A stretch of 64,000 nucleotides of DNA from Tricharina praecox. Its lineage: Eukaryota. The DNA lies in assembly GCF_024521635.1 (NCBI RefSeq), contig NW_026250406.1, forward strand, positions 1,364,001 to 1,428,000. Reading direction: 5' to 3'. Below are positions 12,584-24,750 of the stretch, in pieces. How positions within the stretch are numbered: the stretch's first letter is position 1; every line of letters starts with the position of its first letter. A program made the translations under genes and the position numbers. Below the pieces are notes generated by a model. It was not told the DNA's origin. It ran no database searches and was given only the letters and a program-made list of their open reading frames with translations.

Positions 12584-14176
12584 GGGTACAAGGAATGCGA
12601 GTCTGCATGTAAACTGGCTGTTTGCACAAAGTGCGGCCCATTTGCACTGGTAATTTGGGATTCTGCTTGTAAACCGGCCTTTTTCCTCATAGCGTACAAG
12701 TTGCAATTGGTATTTGGGTGAAGCCGAGTCAATAGGCGGTTGGTAGTAATTGCGGCCAGTTTATAATAGTCAAACTGGGCTCTTATACTTAATTTGGCTG
12801 TCAATACTCAATGTGTCGATTGAACAGAAGCCTGATTTGGCGTTGAGGTGTTAACTGGCGGTTGGCAGTAAATGCAATGTCTCTCCACCACTCTCTTCGG
12901 GCATCCGTTGGTAAAAAGATACCTTACCACTCATCAAGCTTCCGGCTCGAGTGATGAATAGGCTTCAGTTTATAAATGGAGCATTTTCTCCTTACTCGGC
13001 CAACCCCGCCATGCGTGCCCCCGCCATGCCCGCTGCCATGCCGACCAACGTTGATGCCCACTACTAACCACATTCGCTTCCTCCCGCCGACAGCACATCC
13101 ATGACTTCACCCTCTCGCCAACAACTCCTCCTCTCCTCCTTCTCGCTGACAGCTACTCATCTCCTCCTTCTCGCTAACAGCTACTCCTATCCTCCTTCTT
13201 CTTCTCGTCAACAGCTCCTCACCTACTGCTTCTCGCGAACAGCTCCTTCTCTCGCGAAAATTTCCTCCTTCACTTCCTCCTCTCACTGACGGCTCCTCCA
13301 TCACTACGTCATCGTCTCACCGGCACGGTGGCACCCACAGCTCCTCCGTCACTTCCTCCTCCATCACTTCCTCCTCTCGCTAACAGCTCCTCTCCATCTC
13401 TTCCTCTTCTCGCTGACAGGCTACAGCTCCCTCATCAGTCCGCCACACAGCGTTCCCCTTCGCCGCCGTTCGCTCTCTGACCGTCTCTGGTCTTCTTCAG
13501 CAGGTATGCATCATATTCCCATGCTATCCTACAGACCTGCTTCGTTGCGGATACCCCACTGTCATCGCCGCTAATAGCACACTGTCCTCGCCCTCCTTCG
13601 CTGTCTAACAGCCGCTGGCCCTCTTGCAGCCGGTACGTCTTCCCCTCCTATCCCGTCCTATACTATCAGGCCTGTGTAGCCGTAGATACCACACTGACCT
13701 CGCCGCGGATGCTAGCAGATTGTCTATTGAGAACGCCGGTCATTTTGAATGTGTGCTAAGATGCCGGAATGAAAGCCGGCGAGCAGGGAAATCCGGGGAA
13801 AGCGGGGTGGAGGCCGGAGAGCAGGGAGAAGCGGGTTTCGGTTTGCATAGGCGCGGAGGGGAGGATATGTATGGGGTGACCAGCAGTAGCTATCATACAT
13901 AGAACCACAGTAATTTCAAGCAGCAGTTCCCGCTCGTGTAATTGTTGAGGACAGCCATGTAAGCTCCTAAAAGCCATACAAGTTCCTAAAAGCCATATTG
14001 TCACCCATGCCCTTTGGAACCCTTGTGTGTAGAGCCCTTTAAGACTATGGAGCCCTTTAATAGCCGGATTAGGGCCTTTCTAGTAGCCCTTTTAGAGCCG
14101 TTTGACTGTCATCCTCCCAGGCCGGAATAACGCGTGCAAATTTAGTTAATACGGCAGTGCCGCATTCCTTGTACCC
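12584..14176. mobile_element. Unclassified non-autonomous TIR DNA element (~1.6 kb)
   Basis: Left end GGGTACAAGGAATGCG, right end CGCATTCCTTGTACCC; the imperfect inverted match extends ~40 bp. It sits in palindromic CCCTAGGG context, so TSD length is ambiguous. Internal CT-rich repeats, no transposase seen. Confidence 0.65.
13100..13440. repeat. CT-rich degenerate tandem repeats (TCTCGCTAACAGCTCCTC-like units)
   Basis: Recurrent CGCTAACAGCT/CGCTGACAGCT motifs separated by CT tracts. Confidence 0.6.
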
Positions 14177-15620
14177 TAGGGCGCCGCGGCTCAAGGTATG
14201 GCAATTCTTATCCGTGCCTTAGTATGTTCGTGCGGTAAGTACCACACCTACACGGAGATCTTCTATCGGTGAGCAGCGGAGCCTCAGTGTCCGAGCTACC
14301 TACCGATGTATGATGTTTCAAGCCCAGTCCAGACTCCATAATTATGTGGGTACTGCTTAGCTCCGAACCAGCTTCAAGCTTGTGGCAGCAACGAGCGTTC
14401 GTTCGTATGTACCTACTGTACATACTTCCTATGTACCTACTGTACATACTTCCTATGTATAACACGATCTCCACTTCGGCAATGGGCACGTGCGAAATAC
14501 CTACAAGGTTGACACCGGCGAAGTTCGTGGCTTCTTTAGCGAAGCCACCGGTAGGTGCTCTACACTCTCCCGAGTCCCGACACGCCGCATGAGGCAAAAT
14601 CCTCGAGAACCTGGGTAGGTATTCACTCACCGGCAACGCGCAGCTCGACAAGCGCATCGGCACCGGTAGCCAGGACTTATGTACGAGTCTAACTTCATTT
14701 CCATTTCCGTGCTACATATTATAAGACATTGTGTTTCGTTTCGTGAATTCGTCGACTCCATGTCCCACGACCCTGCCGCAACCGTGTCGCGCCGTCAGAG
14801 CTCTTTTCGAGATTGTCATTGAGGAGAACTCGTGCGACCCAGCGAAGATCGGGCGTCTTTTGTAAATACTTACTTGACAGGGCTGTTACGGTCGGGGATG
14901 CTGCCAGCATTCTGCCTGTCGGAATAACGCGACGTCCTCCTCATCCTCCTTTTTGAGCCCGTCAGAACCGCGGTGAACCGGTCACCGTGACGGCATTTTG
15001 CAACCGCAGTGCGTAATGGATGTACAACGGATGTACAACGGATGTGCTCTGTCCTATCGCGGATCTTCATTCCTCGGCTGGCGGAGCCTCGGAGGCATCC
15101 GACGGAACGACACTGGAAATCCCGACTACCTAGCTATCGATGTCGGTGAGGGTATGTATATTATAATTCGTTCAACGTCGCACAGTAACGCAGTACTTGG
15201 GGACCATTGCCTATAGTATTGTGGATACTTTAGGGATGTGATACAGTGGAGGCTTGACAGTTCGCCTCAACTTGCGTGATATCATCTTGGGTTGCATATC
15301 CCTTGCGGAGCGAACGCGCCCAATCTTGAGAGAATCTTAAGAGTCTTTGTACTTTGAAGCACGATTCGTATGGACTTACCTTATCGAGATGACCTTCGCG
15401 ATGCTCTAGGAAGTCGGATTCATCATCTAGGTGTTAGAGACGAGGTACGGTACCCATCATTTACAATAAGCTGAGCATCGGTCTCCGATATGTGCAAGAT
15501 AATAAGGCGAATCACTCGCTCACTTTCTTCGGCACCAAAAGATTCCAAACAACCAAGAATGCAGCTCGGGGTATTACACTCTCTATATCTAACGGCAGGA
15601 AAGCAATCGAATCCCACCCA

Positions 15621-16337
15621 CTACTTCTTCCCCTCCTCCGCCGGCACATCCGCCATCCCAAAAACACCGCCAACAACCCACGCCGGCTCCTCGACCCTGC
15701 CATGGGCGTAGCCCATGACCGCGATACCGCCGGGATCCAAGACAAGCAACAACGGGCTCGCGAGCGGCAACCCGACCCAGCGCTTCACAAACGCTCTAAG
15801 GAAATGCCCATGGGCGACGACCAGCACGTCCCTATCATCCTCCTCCACCCTCTCGCCACCCTTCAGCGCCTGCTTCTGAATGGCCTTCACATCCTCAATC
15901 ACCGCATCGATCCTAGCAGCCAGGCTCTCAGGGCTCTCCCCACCCTCACCAGGCGTACCATCAACCCAAATATCCCACGGCCGTTCGGTATCCAATCCCT
16001 GCTCCCTCCTCCTCTTTCTAATCTCCGCGGGCGGCAGACCCTCATACTCGCCGTACCCCCACTCGCGACAGCGATCGTCGGTAGTAACAGCCACGTGCGC
16101 GGGAGGCTGCGGCAGCAGCAAGTCGAGCGTCTCACGCGCGCGCAGCCGCGGGGAAACGAAGACGTGCGAGAGCCGTGCCGGGTCGATAGCGCGCCCGCGG
16201 CCGACGGAGGATGACGCGACGAGAGAGATTGTTGCGCGACCACGCGCGGTCAGCGGAAGGTCCGTCGTCGACGTGTGTGCGCCGGTCAGCGTCCATGCGG
16301 TTTCGCCGTGGCGCGCGAGGATTAGGCGCGGTGACAT
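15621..16337 (-). CDS. SHB17: Histidine phosphatase (phosphoglycerate mutase family), sedoheptulose-1,7-bisphosphatase SHB17-like, 238 aa
   Basis: MSPRLILARHGETAW..TDLPLT, VFVSPRLRARET, REWGYGEYEG, WDIWVDG and VVAHGHFLR motifs; intronless. Orthology is inferred from motifs only. Confidence 0.8.
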   Translation of the reverse strand: MSPRLILARHGETAWTLTGAHTSTTDLPLTARGRATISLVASSSVGRGRAIDPARLSHVFVSPRLRARETLDLLLPQPPAHVAVTTDDRCREWGYGEYEGLPPAEIRKRRREQGLDTERPWDIWVDGTPGEGGESPESLAARIDAVIEDVKAIQKQALKGGERVEEDDRDVLVVAHGHFLRAFVKRWVGLPLASPLLLVLDPGGIAVMGYAHGRVEEPAWVVGGVFGMADVPAEEGKK

Positions 16338-16949
16338 CGTGGGTATAGAGGGTGGGTGCGGTGGCGGGCGGGGATGGGGAGCGGTGGTTGCGTGTGTGGT
16401 CGGTGGAGTTGGGCGGTGGTGATGGGCGGGGATGGTGGTGGGGTTGTTAGCGGGGTTGGCGGCCCCCGCGGAGAGGTATTCGCTGAACGGAGATTTGGAG
16501 ATCGTACATAACCGAAAAATCTTCAAACACATGTAGCGGTTTCCTAACGCCTTAATGCTTTGTATCCGGAAGACACGCTGTTTCGTACATTTTTTGAAAA
16601 GGCGTAAAGATCTGCGGACATTACCGAGTGATTATATGTGATAGACTTGATGGACGAGAATCCATGAACGCAGCAATCGAGGCCAACTTTCAAGATGCTT
16701 TATACGAGACAGTGGTGCTACTGACCAGGATCACTACTACTTAGGATTTGGGATGAAGGCTTCCATACAATATCTCTGTCGGTAGCGAACCTTCCAAAAC
16801 ACGCAAGAACTGAGTCCCTGCCACAAGCACAAAACCAGCCGGCTTTTGCACCCAGTCGTCTTACCACATGCACTACATACACCCAGCAACTAAGCAACTA
16901 TCCTCCATACCCAATAATCTTATCCAAAGTTCCAAATTGCGCACAAGTT

Positions 16950-17246
16950 ATGCAACCCACCACCACGCAATCGCCACCGAGTGCATCAAGTGCGACCCCA
17001 TCCCCATACGCCACGCTCCGCATCACCGAGCCGGCAATCTTCCTGGCACCTCACCTACTCTCGAGGCTAATGTGGCTGATGTGCTGCACCTTCGTGCTCA
17101 TCTTCCGCGAGCAACTATTTCTGCTGCTTGTTGCCCTGGTGTCTATCGGCGGATACAGCAGGGCAGCGGGGTTGCGGGGGCGGTGGGAGTTGGGGTGGAT
17201 GTGGGCGATGTGGAGGGAGGAGAGGGAGCAGAGGGAGCAGACATAG
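16950..17246 (+). CDS. Hypothetical small membrane protein (98 aa)
   Basis: ATG ORF after a CA-rich leader, with a hydrophobic central segment. No recognisable family. Confidence 0.3.
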   Translation: MQPTTTQSPPSASSATPSPYATLRITEPAIFLAPHLLSRLMWLMCCTFVLIFREQLFLLLVALVSIGGYSRAAGLRGRWELGWMWAMWREEREQREQT

Positions 17247-20200
17247 GATAATGAGGTATGATGTTTGCAATCGACCTGCCTGGGTGATTGCATGGGCATC
17301 CTGTCGATACGATTTCGGAAAGTTGAGATCGGAATCCACAGAGGAAGGTTGCGGAAGAACGACACGGAGCACGTCCCCTATATATAAACACTGCAGAGTA
17401 ATCTGGCAGTTGGGCCAGACCACTCGTGGACGGACTGGCCCAGAAACCAGAAATTCATATTTGTGGCTGGGCCAGACCAAGCACCAGAATCTATCTGTGG
17501 ATCGTCCGGCCAACTGGCAGATCGGGACTATTCATGGCCGGGCTGGTCTATCTCCGGTGGGCTGGCCAATCTAAGGATGGAATAATCTTCCGTGTGGGCT
17601 AGAACATATATACTTACAGCTCTGCTCTGCTCTCTACCGCCAGGCCCGCCATGCCGGTGCAGGACAATCACACATTCGCACTCGCATTGATGACGCCACA
17701 CCCCGGTTGCGCCACACACTGGGGCTCGACTGAAGCCGACACTCGCTTCCCAGCGACCGACGACGAATCACGGTTCCCCGCTTCCAGTCGGTCGGATCCG
17801 AAGCCTCGCTATATGGTGGCTATATACTTCATTCCCCTCGTTATTATATATATATATATATATATTGAGGGGCCGCGGGATCAAGGCGCCCCTGGGGTGC
17901 GAGAAGCGGCGGAATCGTGCCTCTGGGGTGCGAAAAGCGGCGGAATGTTTTCTGTTGCTGTTTTTCTGTTTAATTTGTTGGTCCATCTCTTGTTCAACAC
18001 ATCAGACATTATCAAACACCATAGATATTCACAAGTTCATATGCCAGTCTTTGTTTCTAGTTTCAATTGAATCATGTTCTTCTTTTCTCGTATGTACCCG
18101 TTGAGGGTCTCTCACTTGCAAACCGCCGACGAATCATGAATCACGGTTCTCAGCTTCCACTCAGATCCGAACTGACGACATCATTCCTCCGCGTCGTTGT
18201 ATTCGCTTACCATGTCGTTCGGTATCTTCGAAGCGCAATCCACACCCAGTTTTGATAGCCAAGTAATCACAGATTCGCACTCGCACTCGCATCAGCAACG
18301 TCACACACCTGGTGATCGCGCCACACTGTGGCTCGCCTCTCGACTGCCAGTTGCCGTCCGAGAAGAAACTCGCTTCCCAGCGACGAATCACGGTCCAAAA
18401 CCTCGCCACTTCATTTCCCTCGATCGCGCCGTTGTGTAGGTACCTTTTCGCTTACCATGGCACCATGCCATCATGCTGGCCGGTATCTCCGATTCTCCGA
18501 AACTCTCCGAAGCGCAATCTCGAGTATCCGCATAGGTAGAGTGGGTACCTGCTGCCCGTTCGTCGCTCACCATACCTAAAACATTCCCGTGCCGAGCCGA
18601 GCAATTGAGTTGTTCTTCCGCATTCCGTCTCCCTTCGAGTCCGCATCCATTTGATACATGTCACTGCCCCTCAAGGGAAGGGAGGCCTCGTTACCGCTCG
18701 AGAGTCAACGTGGATAGCCAAAAACTCCGGCACGTCTCCCCATCTTCCGTCTCCCGTCTTCATCGTATCCGAGTGTTCCTCCCATAGGTATCATACCAGA
18801 CGCGACGGAGATTGAATTGAATGCATGCCTGCATCCATCATGGCCATACCGCCATACATTTGGCACAGCCCATCGTCGTGGGGGAAGTCTGATCCCCATC
18901 GGCTGGGTCGGCTGGGTAGGCTGGGTATATGCATGATCCAAGCCGAAGGAAATGACGAGTTGGCTTCCTTCCTGGGGACCTCCTTGATTCGGCGGGGGTA
19001 GATTGGGCGCGGCGGAGGTTCGTTTTCGAGTTTTGTGGTTTCCGTGCGCGCCTCCGGGACTCCGGGACTTGGTGGACACTGGGCAGCATTGGCTCAACGG
19101 CTCATGGTCCGGCCGTCTCTGGGGTCTTGAGTCTGTGGTTACCGACTGTACCGATGTTGCCGCGAGGAGAAGGTCTGAAGTGGCTCGAGCGGTCAGATAC
19201 ATAGGGAGGTAGATTCGAGCAGATCAACTGTTGGTTTTGGCTGGGTATGTGTGTACTTACGGTAGATAATGGGTACTGGGCGTGCTTTGTCGTGTCTGTT
19301 TCCTTGACGTCTTGGAGCTGTAAAGTACTATGTATCTGTGGCCGAACGCATGTGACAAAGCTGGAAGTATATGTACAAGGTTGACTCTTGAGATCTGTGC
19401 GCTTGTTTTTGTAGCCGTGACGTGGGGCGGAACGGTTAGGTTGGTGATTCGAACTCACTTCTAGTGACAAGGCGGTACTACTAGTAGTAGAGTCAGCCTG
19501 CCGAGGCAGCAAAGACTGTCCTCGGACAATGATCGTCGTATTCTGCCAGTCGCCGCGGCGCCCAAATCTACGGTATCTATCAGTAGTAAAGAGGAGGACG
19601 GAACCACAACTAGTACTCTGGTGTCACAAGTCGAGAGTCTCGAGCACCAACACTCAACTCCGCAAGAGAGAAATATAGAGACCTCCAAGTTCCAACTCGT
19701 ATCCCGGAACGAGGCGGCAACCAACTATTGACTCCCCATCAGTTTAGTGCATCCCATCCCGCCCGTGCGGTGCCTGTATAATACATAAGGCCAAGCTGCC
19801 GCGCCCTCCCGAGAGTCGAGGCTCTCGTGGTCCACCTGCAAGGCCCGAGAACATTACTAGTACTCTAGAGCACATCATATCATAGTTACTCTCTCTCCAG
19901 CACAGCCACGCCGAAGTCGCGGCTGTTTCAGATTGCTCTCGAGTCTCGGCACTGTCTGCTCGGCGCGGGGAGGTCTCCGTTTCACCGTCGTCGTAAGCCT
20001 ATGTAGAGTAGTATGTAACAGCACATCGATTAGGTGACGCGCGACGCGAGGTTTGATCGGCGGAGAACTGGGATGTTCGTTGTTCGATGGACGATAGAGT
20101 AGCGGTCGTAGGGATAGGTAGTTCTTCTTGATCTTTGAAGATTCAAGAGTCGTTGCTTCGTGCGGATATGCAGAGTACTCTAGAGTACGGCTTGCATGCA

Positions 20201-21692
20201 CGTCGGCACCTCCCGGTTGGGAGTACCTACTTCGTTATCCAGAGTAGAGTGTGTACGCGCGGTGAAGAGTCGAGACTCGTTGAGTGACAACGATCAACCG
20301 CGGAAGACGCTCCACCTTCTGGTGTCTCCGTTGTCTCCTGCAGTGTCCTTCGCAGCCAGGCCAGCACGCGACCGAGAACGAGAATCGAGAAGAATTCCAA
20401 CGCCGAGGAAGGATTGGATTAGATTAGATTGCGGGGGCCACGCTCTGTCCCTTCCCCTTGTCCTTCCACTTGTTTCCCATTGCCATTCCCCTTCTCTTTC
20501 CCCTTCCCCTTCTTTTCCTCCTTCTCCTTCCCCTTATCCTCCTCGTCGATGCGGTCCAATTTCCATCGCAAGATCTGATCGCCGCCAGCCCCCGCAAGCG
20601 AAATGATCGCCGGATGCAGGCGTGGATGCGGCGTGGCGTAAGCCACACGCCGCAAGCCCCGCGCCGCCAAGCCCCGTGCCATGCGCCACACGGCTGAGCG
20701 ACCAGGCTGACACGGCTGAGCGGTCGCAGACAGACACGGAGACGGAAAGGGAAAGGAGAGTCGCGAGTCGCGAGTCGCGACTCAGGCGGGTGGTGTTAGT
20801 TCTTGGTGGTGCTATCGGCGGCGGGGAGAGGTTACGAGTTCAATGCGTTTTTCCGGCGGGGCTGCGTGGCTCGCAGCACCGCAGGCGACGCGTCCCCCGG
20901 GGCTGAGTCGCGAGCTGTGGAGATCCGAGATGCACTACGGTAGCACGGCAAGGCTGGCTGGGTCCTGGCTGGGATCGTTGAGCTTGGGCGACGGGCGAAC
21001 CGGGGCGATGAGCACTTTATTTTTGGAACACGCGAGCAAAAACGAAAAACGCGAGAAAAAGCGAAAAACGCACTGGCTTGCGTATTGCACCTTGGGCTCT
21101 GCGAGAAGAGAATTATCGTCGGAATGGAGAGTGTCGCACGCCGAGAGAGAAAGAGAAAGAGAAAGAGAACGACGAGGATTATTATTCTCCTTGCTTCCTT
21201 GAAGCCTGAAGGCCGAGCCGAGACCCAGAAAAATCCCATGACGAGGCCACTCTTGGCAGCAGCCGGCGGCGACGTCAATCCTGGCCCACCAGGCCCATCC
21301 ACCAAGCGCATCCTTGCTTTTCGTCTAAGCCTCGCCCCACACGTCATGGCCGCCAACCAACCCCGACCAACCCTCACGCGGCCGGTGATCGGGTAGCAAA
21401 CAGGGTATTTTCACTGAGTGTGGACTGGACTGTGTGGAGGACGTGAGACCGTGAGACCGTGAGATGGTGAGATCCATTTACTAGTACCACCAACTAGTAG
21501 ATACCGCACGTTATATTAAGAACGGCCTGCTTCCCTCTCTCGTTGTCGATACCCTCCCACCACCACCACCCAGTCTGCTATCGTTATTTGCTGCTGTCAA
21601 CACAACGACACCCCCCCACACATTCAACTCAATCACACAGACAAAGACAAAGACAACCCGTCGCAGCACATCCCCCCGACGCATCATCACCA

Positions 21693-22732
21693 ATGTTTCG
21701 CTTCACCGCTATCTTCCCGATCCTGCTCAGCATCGCGGCGTTCATCCTCTCACTGCTAGTGCTTCTGGCGGGCAAAGACACCTCATTCCTAAACGATGTG
21801 TTCGTACTGAAGGTAGCCCTCGCTCCCCTACAGCTACCGCTACATCCAACTAACCTTGCGATCAGATCGATACCTCGCAAATAGCGACCAACATCGACGC
21901 CTCAACGATCCTTCGCTCGGCGGGCATCGACCCAAACAACACCGGCATCTCCCAGTTGGACGACATCCTCGCCTCCCTCTCCAGCGACGAAGTCGGCCGC
22001 ATCCTGAACACCGCGGCGCACGAGCTCGGCTTGCACGACTTCTACACCGCGCACGTATCCACATGGTGCGAGGGGACATTACTCTCCGACAACACCACGA
22101 CCAGCAACAGCGTCGCCAGAAACTCCACCTCCGCCTCCGCCGAGCAGCGCGTAACCGTGTGCACCAGCCCGAAATACCCATTCTCGTTCGACCCGGTCGG
22201 CATTCTCGAGAGCGAGCTCCTGCAGGGGCTGACGCTGGAGCAAGTCGGCTTTCCAACGCAGGATGTGGACAAGGTCGTCAGCGCTTTGGAAACGGCATAC
22301 AAGGCGATGAGCATATGCTATCTCGTCGGCACGATCCTCGCGGGACTCAGCATCCTGACCGGGCTCCTCGCGTTCCGTCCCAGCCGCTTGCTAGAGGCAC
22401 TGAACCACCTCGTCGCCCTCGCCGCGTTCATCCTGCTCGGCGTCGGCTCGGCTATCGCGACCACGATTGCCATCAAGGTCAAGGACGTGTTTAATGATCG
22501 CGCGGCGGTGGTCAACGTCACCGCGCGGAACTCGGTGCGCTTCCTGGGGATGACGTGGGCGGCGGTGGCCTGCATGCTCCTTGTCAGTCTGCTGTGGTGC
22601 TGTGTTTGCTGCTGTGGTGGCCATAGAAGAAAGGAGAATAGGCGCGAGAGCGAGATGCCCATGGTCGAGGAGAAGCGGGAGCAGCAGAGGGCTTCGCGGT
22701 TTTCGAGGTTTGGAAGGGGGAGGAGGGTTTAA
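21693..22732 (+). CDS. SUR7/PalI-family membrane protein (~328 aa)
   Basis: Exons 21693-21812 and 21866-22732 (GTAGCC..CTAAC..CAG intron). N-terminal TM, LGLHDFYTAHVSTWCEG motif, three C-terminal TMs including FLGMTWAAV, Cys-rich tail. Confidence 0.9.
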
Positions 22733-24461
22733 ACGGATGATGGGACGGATAAAGGGGGGGATGGGGAAAGGGGAGGGAAAAGGGGAGGGGAGGGGATGAG
22801 GGTGCATTCTTTGGCGTTTGGGATAGTCTTTCTTTGAGAATCGACGGAGCATAGCGGTTGTATGGGTTATGTCTTATGCCTTTCATTTTTTTTGTTCGAG
22901 TCGTGTCGTGTCGAAGGAGTCGATGGTAATTGCGGAGGATTGAATAGCAGTAGAATGGCAGTTTTGAAGAAGTAGTAGAAGAAATCGCAGTTGAAGCAAA
23001 TCAAGAATACAGAATACTCGCAGTCCATTGTCTGCGTATCTCTCTATCCCATCTACAGTAGTATCAACGTCATACACGAACACTATCACTGCGGTACTGA
23101 GCACAATTGCGAAAGCCTCAGTACTGGAAATCAGAAACTGCGAATACCCCACAACTCACAAGCGTGTGAAACGCGAGTGATATTGTGTGCAGCAGACCAT
23201 TTCGCGCCGGCGGCCAGGCAGCAGGCAACACCCAACACGTACATGGCAGCGGCAGAACCAGAGTCAGATACTAGTACGGTATCTGGGTATCAAGCTGAAC
23301 CCCCCGCGTCTGCGTTCGCATCAGCGAGAACCCGGCCGTTTGGCGGTACCGATGATCTCAGCCCGTTGTCAGCCCCAGCTGTGCAGTTTGCACTGCAGTA
23401 CAGCTGCACCACCCCGCGCGCGTCAGCAGTTACAGCAGCTGTAATTCAGTAGCTGCAGAGTCGGCAAGTATCGAACGCCTGCACGTGTCAAAAGCTGAAA
23501 AAGAAGAATCCAGTGCCATGTGCGTGCGTAGGTTTCAGCCGATCACCTCGTATGCGCGCGTCGCGGTGGGGGACGGCGGGGGTGGGCGGGGAGTATTTAT
23601 ATCCCGGTGCACATTGCAATGCGAATCACGGTGCGCACTGCACAATGGAACAATATGATTATACGATAATACGATTAGGTATACGGTGTATCACGGACCA
23701 CGGAGTACAAATCACGAACTGCGGAGTCAGCCTTCAGCCGCACGTGTGCAGCTGTTGGTCATACATGTTTTCGTGCGCCGTATGTAAGCACCCGACAGCA
23801 GCAGCAGTAGGCACGGGAGGATCCGTTCGAGGTTTTTAGATGGATAGAGGCTATTATTATATTATCTATACGGCCGGCCGCTGGTGCGCTGGTGCGCTGA
23901 CCGCGGGAGTGAGCCACTGTGCGCGGGGATTGGTAAGAATAGGATGGATGGTTATCAGATGTATTGATGTACCTATAAGTACATATATGCAACGGAGAGA
24001 AGGCTGACAGCCTCGACAGGAGTACTCTAAGCGCGCGTGCTTTTTGGTTTGTTTAGATAATCAGCAATTGCTTGCGACCCAAGTAAGTAAATCATGTGGC
24101 AATATGGCAGCTTCTATGTACAGTTTTCCTACCCCCGGCTTTGCATCCAGGGTGGGATCCCGAGTATCATGCCCGTCGGGCCGACCTTGGCAAGTTAGCA
24201 TCGACCTGTGCCAACGGAAATGTGATCGTAAAGGACTCCCGAGTCCCCGGCGGCTTTGAATCGACTCCGAGAAGTCACCTTGGCTTTCATCACTCGTTTT
24301 TACTCTCTAGATATGTACAAGACTGGCTACGAGTCTTTGATAACTACCTAGTACATAACTGTAGTGCGTCGCGAAGAGCTCGAAAGGATACAATTAGAAG
24401 TCATGGGAAATGCAGCTATTGGTGATACAATTTAAAGGTTAAAAAAAAGACTCCCTCGGCC

Positions 24462-24750
24462 TCAATCCTCCGAAGTCGTCCGTCTCCCACTCCCCGTCCT
24501 CCTTGTCCTCTTCGGCTCCCTCCTCCTCCTCCTCCTCCCAGTCCCAGTCCTTCTGGTCCACCTCCCCTCCCTCCTCGTTTATCTTCTCCTCGTCCTCCTC
24601 GTCCTCCTCCATGTCCTCCCACTCGTCCTCCTCCTCGAGCTACATCACCTCCATTTACTCGGTGGCGATGGCGGTGACGGCGGCGGCGGCGGCGGCGGTG
24701 ATCGTGGCGGCGGTGGAAGTAGTGATAAACGCGCGCGTGATTTCGGTCAT
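24462..24750 (-). pseudogene. Acidic Trp-rich small protein family, dispersed copy 6
   Basis: ATG 24750, in-frame TAA at 24655-24657 and TAG at 24640-24642, +1 frameshift near the end. Flanks (~24095-25020) match the flanks of the 1-5.7 kb units. Confidence 0.7.

Noticed and set aside
17385..17630. Possible small MITE with GGGCCAGACC/CTGGCCCAG motifs
   Set aside because: No convincing TIR pair or TSD.
31..24750. RIP as the cause of the stops in the acidic gene family
   Set aside because: Several lesions are transversions (GGA>TGA, ATG>AGG), the TGG>TGA change is not in CpA context, and the repeats remain GC-rich.
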